Part shown: one piece after another, positions 1 to 8,570 of the stretch
Layout of the letters: each line of letters opens with the position of its first letter
Numbering within the stretch: the stretch's first letter is position 1
Source of the DNA: Bacilli bacterium
GTDB lineage: Bacteria; Bacillota_I; Bacilli_A; RFN20; CAG-826
Direction: 5' to 3'
Assembly (NCBI GenBank): GCA_024407995.1
Contig: JAKSVL010000003.1
Span: 1-34,988, forward strand
DNA length: 34,988 nt
Notes under the pieces: generated by a model
Seen by the model: the letters and a program-made list of their open reading frames with translations, nothing else
Databases searched by the model: none
Told to the model about the DNA's origin: nothing
Translations under genes and position numbers: made by a program

Positions 1-53
1 AATTATAACTTTCAAAAAATGTCTCCAAGTAAAAGAAAGTTTACATCTTTTTC

Positions 54-82
54 TTGCCATACAAATAACAAAAATGTAATAT
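54..82 (+). promoter_or_regulatory. Putative sigma-A promoter of the HTH-glmM operon
   Basis: TTGCCA (54-59), 17-bp spacer, TAATAT (77-82); SD AGGAGG at 98-103 before ATG 112. Confidence 0.6.
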
Positions 83-111
83 TTTTCCATTCATACTAGG
101 AGGTTGCGTCT

Positions 112-1752
112 ATGACTATTGGTGAAAAGATTGTCCACTTGCGTATTGTTAATAACATTTCTCAAGAAGAATTGTCTAAAAACTTAAAAGTCTCAAGACA
201 ATCATTATCTAAATGGGAAAATAATGACACTTTACCTCCTTTGAATTCTATTAAGGATTTATGTCAAATCTTTAAAGTATCCGCTGATGAACTTATTGAT
301 GACAACATTGTCATTCATCGTGGCAAAAGAGTAGAACTCCCTGATGAAAATATCAAAACAAAATATTTCGGTACTGATGGTTTTAGAGGCGAGGCTAATG
401 AATCATTAAATTCAGATAAAGCTTATAAAATTGGTCGTTTCTTAGGTTGGTTCTATAGCAATCCTAAATACAATATGCAAAAGCCAGGATATCGTCCAAA
501 AATTGTTATCGGTAAAGATACAAGACGTTCTTCCTATATGCTTGAATATAGTGTCGCTGCTGGTGCGGCTAGTAGTGGTGCAGACGTGGAGTTACTCCAC
601 GTGACCACAACCCCATCTGTTTCATATATCGTGAGACAAGACTGTTTTGACTGTGGTGTGATGATCACGGCATCCCACAACCCATTCTATGACAATGGTA
701 TTAAAGTCATTAATGCTAATGGTGAAAAACTTGAAGATGGTGTGGCCTACTTAGCAGAAGCTTATTTGGATGGTGATTTTAAAGCCCTTGGTCTTGAAGA
801 TGAAGAAGATTTACCATTTGCTAAAAGAGGCGATATTGGCACAATCAACGATTACTCATCTGGTAGAAATAGATATATTGGTTATCTTATCTCTTTAGCA
901 AGACATTCCATGAAGAGATTAAAAATTGGTTTAGATACTGCTAACGGTGCTTCTTGGATGATTGCTAGAAGTGTTTTTGAAGCACTAGGAGCACAAGTGT
1001 TTATCGTTAACAACCATCCAGATGGTTTAAATATAAATTTCAATGCGGGTTCCACTCACATTGAACAATTCTGTAAATTTGTAAAAGAAAATAAATTAGA
1101 TGTCGGTTTCGCCTTTGATGGTGATGCTGATAGATGCATTGCCGTTGATGAAAATGGCAAAGAAGTCGATGGTGACAAAATCATGTATTTGCTTGCCTGC
1201 AAGTTACAAAGTGAAGGTTCCCTTGAAAAAGATACTGTCGTCGCCACAATTATGTCCAATAGTGGCCTTGAAAAGGCCCTTAAGAATATTGGCCTTAAAT
1301 TGGTGAGAACCAAAGTTGGCGATAGATTCGTCTTTGAAAAGATGATGAGTGATGGTTACGCTCTTGGTGGTGAACAATCTGGTCACGTTATTATTAGAAA
1401 ATATGCTACAACTGGTGATGGTGTTTTGACTGCTATCATGCTCGCTGAAGAAATGCTTGAAAGAAAAGAAACTCTTTCTAAACTTGTCTCACCAGTGAAA
1501 TTATTCCCACAAAAAACCAAAAATATCAAAGTCACTGATAAGAATGCAGCGGTAGAAGACGCTGCAGTCAAAGCTAAATTTGACGAAGTGAATAAAGAGA
1601 TTGGTGATAACGGGCGTGCGTTATTAAGACAATCTGGTACTGAGCCAGTCATTCGTATTACTGTGGAATATCAAACCTTACAAGGCTGTGATGAATATAT
1701 CGAGAAGATATATAACGTTGTGAAAAAAAGAGGCTTTGTCATCGATGAATAA
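112..1752 (+). CDS. glmM: Phosphoglucosamine mutase with fused N-terminal XRE-family helix-turn-helix domain
   Basis: aa ~1-65 XRE HTH (SQEELSKNLKVSRQSLSKWEN); GlmM from KYFGTDGFRG, phosphoserine loop TASHNP, metal loop FDGDADR, sugar loop GEQSGH, C-terminal RQSGTEP. Confidence 0.9.
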   Translation: MTIGEKIVHLRIVNNISQEELSKNLKVSRQSLSKWENNDTLPPLNSIKDLCQIFKVSADELIDDNIVIHRGKRVELPDENIKTKYFGTDGFRGEANESLNSDKAYKIGRFLGWFYSNPKYNMQKPGYRPKIVIGKDTRRSSYMLEYSVAAGAASSGADVELLHVTTTPSVSYIVRQDCFDCGVMITASHNPFYDNGIKVINANGEKLEDGVAYLAEAYLDGDFKALGLEDEEDLPFAKRGDIGTINDYSSGRNRYIGYLISLARHSMKRLKIGLDTANGASWMIARSVFEALGAQVFIVNNHPDGLNINFNAGSTHIEQFCKFVKENKLDVGFAFDGDADRCIAVDENGKEVDGDKIMYLLACKLQSEGSLEKDTVVATIMSNSGLEKALKNIGLKLVRTKVGDRFVFEKMMSDGYALGGEQSGHVIIRKYATTGDGVLTAIMLAEEMLERKETLSKLVSPVKLFPQKTKNIKVTDKNAAVEDAAVKAKFDEVNKEIGDNGRALLRQSGTEPVIRITVEYQTLQGCDEYIEKIYNVVKKRGFVIDE

Positions 1753-2419
1753 AAAAGCAGTTTTAACAAAAGATTTATTCAATATCGAAGAGCCTTCATA
1801 CATGAAAGAGTTTTTTGGCAGATATGAATATCCTTGGCAAATGCTTCCTCATATTAAGGATCTAATAAGTGAATTATTAGAAAAGGGCATTCCAGGATAT
1901 ACCTTACTCAAAGAAGGTGTTTTGATAGGTGAGGATGTGAGCATCGCGCCAACCGCGACAATTATTCCCCCTGCTATTATCGGTAGTCATACCGAAATTA
2001 GACCAGGTGCCTTTATTAGAGGAAACTTCATCTGTGGTGAGAACTGTGTTCTTGGTAATTCTTCAGAATTCAAAAATGCCATTCTCTTATACCACGTACA
2101 AGTCCCACATTATAACTATGTTGGTGATTCCATCCTGGGTAATTATGCTCATATGGGTGCAGGTTCAATCTGCTCAAACCTAAAAAGCGATGGAAAGAAC
2201 ATCACCATACATGGTGATACTGAAATCGAATCCGGTTTAAGAAAAATAGGGGCAATCCTAGGAGATTATGCAGATATTGGTTGCCAGTCCGTTCTTAATC
2301 CAGGAACAATCATTGGCAAACATACACAAGTGTATCCATTAAGTATGGTACGCGGTGTGGTCCCAGAAAATAGTATTTATAAAGCAAAAGATAATATTGT
2401 CGTTAAAGAAAAGAGGTAA
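1745..2419 (+). CDS. GlmU-related left-handed beta-helix acetyltransferase (probable glucosamine-1-phosphate N-acetyltransferase) with no nucleotidyltransferase domain
   Basis: Hexapeptide repeats; HYNYVGDSILG, GAGSICSN and KIGAILGD motifs of the GlmU C-terminal domain; only ~224 aa; ATG 1745 overlaps the glmM end. Confidence 0.8.
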   Translation: MNKKAVLTKDLFNIEEPSYMKEFFGRYEYPWQMLPHIKDLISELLEKGIPGYTLLKEGVLIGEDVSIAPTATIIPPAIIGSHTEIRPGAFIRGNFICGENCVLGNSSEFKNAILLYHVQVPHYNYVGDSILGNYAHMGAGSICSNLKSDGKNITIHGDTEIESGLRKIGAILGDYADIGCQSVLNPGTIIGKHTQVYPLSMVRGVVPENSIYKAKDNIVVKEKR

Positions 2420-2425
2420 AACAAA

Positions 2426-3148
2426 ATGAAAGTAGTTATCGGCACAAACGAAGAAATCAGCAAATTGATTGCAGAAGAATTTATCAAGCAAGTCCAAAAG
2501 AAACCAAATAGTGTTCTTGGTTTAGCAACAGGTACATCTCCAATTGATGTTTACGCTAATATGATTAAGGCTAATCAAGAAGGTCGTGTTTCATTTAAAG
2601 ATGTCGCCACATTTAACTTAGATGAATATATTGGCTTAGAAGGTACACACGATCAATCTTATCGTTATTTCATGAATAAATATTTATTCAATGGTTTAGA
2701 CATTGACAAAGCTCGCACACATGTTTTAAAAGGTGTTGGTGATTATTTAGCATATGCTAATCAATACGATGCTGAAATCGCTTCTTTCGGTGGCATTGAT
2801 TTACAAATCTTAGGTATTGGTAGTGATGGCCATATCGCTTTTAATGAACCAGGAACTCCATTTGATTCATTAACTCATGTTGCAGAATTAACCGAACAAA
2901 CAATTAAAGATAATTCTCGTTTATTCAATGATATTTCTGAAGTCCCAACTAAGGCTGTTACTATGGGTTTAAAGAGCATTATGAATGCAAGAAAAATCGT
3001 TTTAATTGCAACTGGTCAAAATAAAGCACAAGCAATTTATAATTTATTAAAAGGTCCAAAGACCGAAGATGTTCCTTGCTCAATTTTACAAGATCACCCA
3101 GACTGCACAATTTATTGTGATGCTGCGGCATATAGCTTAATTAAGTAA
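2426..3148 (+). CDS. nagB: Glucosamine-6-phosphate deaminase
   Basis: GLATGTSP, FNLDEY, GIGSDGHIAFNEPG motifs. Confidence 0.95.
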   Translation: MKVVIGTNEEISKLIAEEFIKQVQKKPNSVLGLATGTSPIDVYANMIKANQEGRVSFKDVATFNLDEYIGLEGTHDQSYRYFMNKYLFNGLDIDKARTHVLKGVGDYLAYANQYDAEIASFGGIDLQILGIGSDGHIAFNEPGTPFDSLTHVAELTEQTIKDNSRLFNDISEVPTKAVTMGLKSIMNARKIVLIATGQNKAQAIYNLLKGPKTEDVPCSILQDHPDCTIYCDAAAYSLIK

Positions 3149-3162
3149 AAAAAGCACCAAAT

Positions 3163-3190
3163 AAAAGCGGCTGAAACACGCCGCTTTTTT
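3163..3190 (+). terminator. Intrinsic terminator after nagB
   Basis: AAAAGCGGC-tgaaacac-GCCGCTTTTTT hairpin plus T tract. Confidence 0.85.
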
Positions 3191-3259
3191 ATTGGCAATT
3201 TTTAAAAATTAGGGTTTTACTTACAAAAAATGCTTAAAAATGCGATAATATAAACGTAA

Positions 3260-3751
3260 ATGTTTAAAATTAATGACTCTGTAATCCATTGCCGCGAAGG
3301 TCTTTCCAAGATAGTTGCTATGAACAGCATGAATGGAAAAGATTACTTTTTAGTGAGCGTTCAACGCAACAGTGGCGAAACAATTTATGTGCCAGTGGAA
3401 ACTGCTAGTAGTATCATTCGTCCTTTAATGAATGAAAAAGAAGCAGATGAGTTATTAAGATATATCAAGAAGATTCACAAAGAATTCAACACCAATACCA
3501 AACAAAGAAGAGACGCTTATAAAAAGATGCTTTCTTCTGGTGATGTGAAAGAAATTGCTTATTTATATCGTCAATTATTTTTCTATAACAAAATCGGTGG
3601 TGAAAATAACACCGAAATTAAATTAGGCCCAGTTGATATTGATATGCTAACTTATGCACAAAATATGTTGATGGATGAATTGTCAATCACTTATAACGTG
3701 AAATTAGAAGAAGTTAAAGACTTCGTTGAAAAGAGAATCGCTAAATTATAA
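3260..3751 (+). CDS. carD: CarD-family RNA polymerase-binding transcription factor
   Basis: MFKINDSVIH..G..KI, IYVPVE..IRPL RID motif, C-terminal L.SGD; 163 aa. Confidence 0.85.
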   Translation: MFKINDSVIHCREGLSKIVAMNSMNGKDYFLVSVQRNSGETIYVPVETASSIIRPLMNEKEADELLRYIKKIHKEFNTNTKQRRDAYKKMLSSGDVKEIAYLYRQLFFYNKIGGENNTEIKLGPVDIDMLTYAQNMLMDELSITYNVKLEEVKDFVEKRIAKL

Positions 3752-4402
3752 ATTAACCCACTTTAATAAGTAATCGGTTAGTTCTCTAATTGAAGAAAAC
3801 GGCATGTCGTTAGGACATGTTTTTTTAAGCTCATCAAGCGTTCTAAAACCATAGGCCACTAAACGATAATCTAGCTCTGCGTTACTCGCGCTTTCTTTAT
3901 CAATATCAGTGTCACCAATATATAAACATTCTTCTTTGTTAATATCATTTTCTTTAACTATTTTATTAATAAGATATGGATCTGGTTTTTTAGGATGATC
4001 CATATATGAACCTTGAATGACATCAAATATACCAGGGAACTCTTTATTAATAAGTTTTTGTGTTAAATCATTGTCTTTATTAGAGACCACAACTAGTAAA
4101 CATTTTCCTTTTAAAGATGTTAATAATTCCTTAATTCCTTCGTAAGGTTTTGTATAGATATCATAATGTTCTAAATAATAAGATTTAAATAAATAAAAGA
4201 CCTCTTTTTCTTTTTCTTTAGTAATACTATTACCAGTACATCTATTGATTAAAACTTGTGTGCCATTTCCGATTGCTTTTCTCACGAATTCAATGCACCT
4301 CTCCTCTAAATTGAAGGAAATTAAAGCGTGATTAACAGCGTTTGTTAAATCTTGTAAGGTATCAAGAATCGTGCCATCAAGATCAAAAATAATTGTTTTC
4401 AT
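3746..4402 (-). CDS. HAD-superfamily hydrolase (phosphoglycolate phosphatase-like)
   Basis: IFDLDGT motif I, VVSNK motif II, KKPDP, YIGDTDID motif IV. Confidence 0.9.
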   Translation of the reverse strand: MKTIIFDLDGTILDTLQDLTNAVNHALISFNLEERCIEFVRKAIGNGTQVLINRCTGNSITKEKEKEVFYLFKSYYLEHYDIYTKPYEGIKELLTSLKGKCLLVVVSNKDNDLTQKLINKEFPGIFDVIQGSYMDHPKKPDPYLINKIVKENDINKEECLYIGDTDIDKESASNAELDYRLVAYGFRTLDELKKTCPNDMPFSSIRELTDYLLKWVNL

Positions 4403-5130
4403 TATTTAATCTTTTTAATTACTTCAGCGACATCTTCGTTGAATACTAAATCACAGTTAGAATCATATGAAGTAGCTTCTTTGTTGATAACTACCAAATA
4501 ACGACCCTTGAAATAGCGAACAAAGCCAGCAGCAGGATACACTCTTAATGATGTACCGATAATAATCAAAAGGTCGCATGTCATTATAGCGTTGATGGAT
4601 CTACTGATTGTATCTTCATCCAACGATTCTTCATATAAAACAACATTTGGTTTAATCGTGCCAACACATTTATCACAATGCGGTACACCCTTAGAATTCA
4701 TCACATAATCTAAACCAAATAAGCGCCCACATTTTTGACAGAAATTTTGATGAACTGTGCCGTGCAATTCGTACACTAAAGATGAGCCAGCTTTTTGATG
4801 AAGGCCATCAATATTTTGAGTAACAACAATTACATTTTTACCCTTCTTTTCTAAATCTGCAAAAAACTTATGTGCGATGTTTGGTTCGGCATTTGGGTAG
4901 CACATTTTGTCTTTATAAAATTCGTAAAATTCTTCTGTGTGCTTGACAAAGAAGGTATGAGAAATGATATCTTCTGGTGTCGCACTAAATTTTGTTTTTT
5001 GATTATAGATGCCATCAGCGCTTCTAAAATCAGGGACGCCACTAGGCACAGATATACCCGCGCCAGTGAAAACGACGATATTTTGACACTCGCCGATCAT
5101 CTCTTTTAAATATTCATATTCGTTTTTCAT
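4402..5130 (-). CDS. cobB: NAD-dependent protein deacylase (sirtuin)
   Basis: GAGIS..SG.PDFRS, TQNIDGLHQKAG, ELHG, CxxC...CxxC zinc site, IGTSL.VYPAA. Confidence 0.95.
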   Translation of the reverse strand: MKNEYEYLKEMIGECQNIVVFTGAGISVPSGVPDFRSADGIYNQKTKFSATPEDIISHTFFVKHTEEFYEFYKDKMCYPNAEPNIAHKFFADLEKKGKNVIVVTQNIDGLHQKAGSSLVYELHGTVHQNFCQKCGRLFGLDYVMNSKGVPHCDKCVGTIKPNVVLYEESLDEDTISRSINAIMTCDLLIIIGTSLRVYPAAGFVRYFKGRYLVVINKEATSYDSNCDLVFNEDVAEVIKKIK

Positions 5131-5263
5131 GACACTATTTTAACAATTTATTGTTAGTTTGTTTAGGGCAATTGTTAATGAATTATATAAATTTAATATG
5201 GTCAAAATTATGTCGGCGTGTATAATACTCGTGGGACATCGGTCTCGCATTATTATTTGATAT

Positions 5264-6901
5264 ATGGGCAAATTAAGATTTACATTAACTAGTGTCGTAT
5301 TTTGGATAGTGTTAGTCCTATCCTGTATTTTGTCTGAAAGCTTTATTGTTTTTAATAGCGATCCACTTAAATCGTTCTCTAGTGATTCCGCTTTTTTCTT
5401 AACTGTCTCCATTATCATCTTATTAGTGTTTTATTATTTCCTCGAACATAAAAAGAATGGTCTTAAATTCGACAAAATTCTTTTACCAAGTTTTTGCATT
5501 ATTGGTTTATTGCTTATTCTTAATGTCTTCCGTCAAGGTGAACGTTCCTTCATTAGCTATTCAGGAATGTGGGACTTCATTATTACTTTTTCTTTTAAAG
5601 ATCGCTTTATGGCGGCCTTACAAATTGTTATATGGCTAGGGGTTGTTTATGGTCTAATTTTCTCTTACAATCGCTTGCGATTGAACAAAGAAAGCTTCAG
5701 ATGGATTGCTAAGATTTATTTGCTAGGTATCATCTGTGTTTCTTTTTTTGATCACTTTTTAGAAGCAGAAACTATCGGCGGCATCTTTAACGGCACATAC
5801 GAAGGCGAAGGTTTAGAGTTTGTCACGGGCAATCCTAATGTTTGGTCTTTATTAATATTCTCCGCTATATTGTGCGCTTTGCTTCTCTGTTATAAGAGGT
5901 TTAATTGGTACTATTTAGCAGCGATGATTTATTTATTCATCTTCAACATTCTTACGACTTGTTCTTCCACATTCTATATTTCATTTATCGCTATTACAGC
6001 GTTCATTATTTATGAGATTGTTTCAACATATAGACACGATAAATATCATCGTCGAAGATTGACTATTATTTATCTCAGTTGCCTTTTAGGCGCTGTTGGT
6101 TTATTTGCCTTTTTAGTATTGCTTCAAGTTCCAGTTTTTTCTAACATTTGGTCTTTCATTATTAGAGAACTATTCCAGAAAGATTTTATGACATTAACTG
6201 GCCGCACTGATATGTGGCAAAGAATCATTATTTTGATGAGTGGAAATCCACTAGATATTATTTTTGGTTTAGGCCATCAAACAGCCACTTTTGTTTTTAG
6301 AGAATATATGGGCACATCAGTTAAAAGTGCGCATAATGCTTTCTTTGAAATATTCTTAAGATATGGTCTAGTTGGCCTATTAATTTATGTTGGTTTAATT
6401 GGTGTAATTATTTATTGTTTTATTTTACAAATAAAGAAGAAAAATTATCGCTTCTCTTTCTTCTATGGTATTTGCTTCATCAGCATTTTCATGCATTCAT
6501 TATTAGAATCTACAACTTTGTTCACGCCTAATATTGGAGGTCTATTCTTCGGTGCGGTTTTTGTTTTACCAGTTATGAACATTCTTCAAGAGAAAAAAAT
6601 CGCAGAATTTAAAGCAGATATATTAACTATTAATGTTACTAAAGAAACAATTAAATCAACAACAGCTATATCACATGTGGTACAAATTGCGTATTCAGTA
6701 ACGTTAACAATTATATTAAAAAATATTTTTAATATTGGGCCATATCGCTTTATACTAATTCTTATCTTTTTGATAATGATTAATACAATTGTGATTTCTC
6801 GTTTGAGAAAAAATAAGAATTATAAACCATTACAAATTCTATCTAATAATATATTATTAAGATATCAAAACGCAGTGAAAAAGGAGAGAAACGATGAGTA
6901 A
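5264..6901 (+). CDS. O-antigen ligase/polymerase (Wzy_C/WaaL-like) polytopic membrane protein
   Basis: Many hydrophobic helices; GNPN, LTGRTDMW, IFGLG and SAHNAFFEIFLRYGLVG motifs typical of Wzy_C. Confidence 0.8.
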   Translation: MGKLRFTLTSVVFWIVLVLSCILSESFIVFNSDPLKSFSSDSAFFLTVSIIILLVFYYFLEHKKNGLKFDKILLPSFCIIGLLLILNVFRQGERSFISYSGMWDFIITFSFKDRFMAALQIVIWLGVVYGLIFSYNRLRLNKESFRWIAKIYLLGIICVSFFDHFLEAETIGGIFNGTYEGEGLEFVTGNPNVWSLLIFSAILCALLLCYKRFNWYYLAAMIYLFIFNILTTCSSTFYISFIAITAFIIYEIVSTYRHDKYHRRRLTIIYLSCLLGAVGLFAFLVLLQVPVFSNIWSFIIRELFQKDFMTLTGRTDMWQRIIILMSGNPLDIIFGLGHQTATFVFREYMGTSVKSAHNAFFEIFLRYGLVGLLIYVGLIGVIIYCFILQIKKKNYRFSFFYGICFISIFMHSLLESTTLFTPNIGGLFFGAVFVLPVMNILQEKKIAEFKADILTINVTKETIKSTTAISHVVQIAYSVTLTIILKNIFNIGPYRFILILIFLIMINTIVISRLRKNKNYKPLQILSNNILLRYQNAVKKERNDE

Positions 6902-7352
6902 TGATGCTGGAATTAAAATTATAACTTCGAACAAAAAAGCCCATTTTAATTATTTCCTTAGTGAATTCACTGAATGTGGTCTTTCTTTAATGGGCACAGA
7001 AATCAAGTCCTTAAGGACCCATGGTTGTTCCCTTAATGATTCTTATATTGTGATTAGAAACGGGGAAATGGAAGTCTTAAATATGCACATTAATCCTTAT
7101 GACAAAGGCAACATTTTTAATCACGATCCTTTAAGAACTAGAAAGCTCTTATTACATAAAAAAGAAATTAGATGGTTTGATGATAAAGTTAAAAGAGATG
7201 GCTACACTATCGTTCCTACGCGCGTGTACCTAAAGCGTGGTAGGGCGAAGATAGAGATTGCCCTTGCAAAGGGCAAAAAGCTCTATGACAAACGTGAAAC
7301 AATCAAACAAAGAGACATTAAACGCAGCCTCAAGAATGGAGATAATCTATGA
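6894..7352 (+). CDS. smpB: SsrA-binding protein
   Basis: NKKAHFNY, GTEIKSLR, RTRKLLLHKKEI, KGKKLYDKRE. Confidence 0.97.
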   Translation: MSNDAGIKIITSNKKAHFNYFLSEFTECGLSLMGTEIKSLRTHGCSLNDSYIVIRNGEMEVLNMHINPYDKGNIFNHDPLRTRKLLLHKKEIRWFDDKVKRDGYTIVPTRVYLKRGRAKIEIALAKGKKLYDKRETIKQRDIKRSLKNGDNL

Positions 7353-8560
7353 ATATAAAAGACTATTTTGAACAAGCCGACCGTGGTGATTATCAACGTG
7401 AAAACTTTGATGACTTTTTGAAGAAAGTCTCTTTTAAATATAACGTTCCTTCCATTCATATCGCGGGCAGCAATGGTAAAGGTACTACTGCGAACTATCT
7501 CGCTAACATTTATCAAGTTCATGGTTTAAAAGTTGGTCTATACACTTCTCCATATTTAAACGATGTAAATGAAATGATAAGCATCAATGGAGAAAACATT
7601 TCTGATAATGATATTGAATCCGCATTAAAAGAGAATGATAAATTGTTCCAAAAATATGGCTTGTCCGCTTTTGAAATTCAAACATTTATTGCCTTAAATT
7701 ATTTCCAAAAAAACAATGTTGATTTAGCCATTATTGAATGTGGAATGGGCGGTGAAATTGATGCCACAAATATCTTTGAACCAATCCTTTCAATCATCAC
7801 ATCAATCAGTCTAGAACACACAGCATTTTTAGGCCGCTCTTTGTGTGAAATTGCTTATCAAAAAGCCGGTGTTATTAAGGATGAAATTCCTGTTATCACA
7901 GGCATACTTGAAGACGAAGCTATTAACACAATCGTAGAAGTTGCAAAAGAAAGACATTCCCAAGTTATCGTTTCAGTCGAACCTGCAAATGTAGTTTATA
8001 GTGATTATGGTTATACATTTGCATATCTCACCTATACAGATCTTAGAATCAACTCTTCTGCAACATATTCATTAAAAGATGCTTGTATCGCTTTAGAAGC
8101 GGTCAATAAGCTACAAGATAGATATCAAATTAGCGAACAAGAAATTCATGAAGGACTCGCTAAAACATATATGCCAGTTCGTATGGAAATTATGAACGAG
8201 AAACCACTTATCATTATTGATGGTTCGCATAATCCAGAAGGTGTGTACAACATGGTTAAATCACTACCTTATGTCGTCGGAAATCGAGAACTTCACGTTT
8301 TATTCGCTTGTTTTAAAGATAAAAATGTTGAACGTATGTTGTCGTATTTAGGCGAATATAGTAAGGACATTACTTTAACAACATTCCCACATAAACGTGC
8401 TAGAACAGAAGAAGATTATTTCCTCTATTTAGACGATCATCATTTTAGCGAAGATGCGATTGCTGCTTTAGCTGAACTAAAGGAAAAATATCCAGAAGAT
8501 GTAATTTTAATCGTTGGTTCATTAGCGTTTGCAGCATATATGAAAAACACAATAAAATAG
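7349..8560 (+). CDS. folC: Folylpolyglutamate synthase/dihydrofolate synthase
   Basis: IHIAGSNGKGTT P-loop, GLYTSP, ECGMGGEIDATN, IDGSHN; ATGA overlap with smpB. Confidence 0.9.
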   Translation: MNIKDYFEQADRGDYQRENFDDFLKKVSFKYNVPSIHIAGSNGKGTTANYLANIYQVHGLKVGLYTSPYLNDVNEMISINGENISDNDIESALKENDKLFQKYGLSAFEIQTFIALNYFQKNNVDLAIIECGMGGEIDATNIFEPILSIITSISLEHTAFLGRSLCEIAYQKAGVIKDEIPVITGILEDEAINTIVEVAKERHSQVIVSVEPANVVYSDYGYTFAYLTYTDLRINSSATYSLKDACIALEAVNKLQDRYQISEQEIHEGLAKTYMPVRMEIMNEKPLIIIDGSHNPEGVYNMVKSLPYVVGNRELHVLFACFKDKNVERMLSYLGEYSKDITLTTFPHKRARTEEDYFLYLDDHHFSEDAIAALAELKEKYPEDVILIVGSLAFAAYMKNTIK

Positions 8561-8570
8561 GTTAAAACAA

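Noticed and set aside
1-111. glmS ribozyme ahead of the amino-sugar operon
   Set aside because: The predicted leader is only ~25 nt and no ribozyme core is visible
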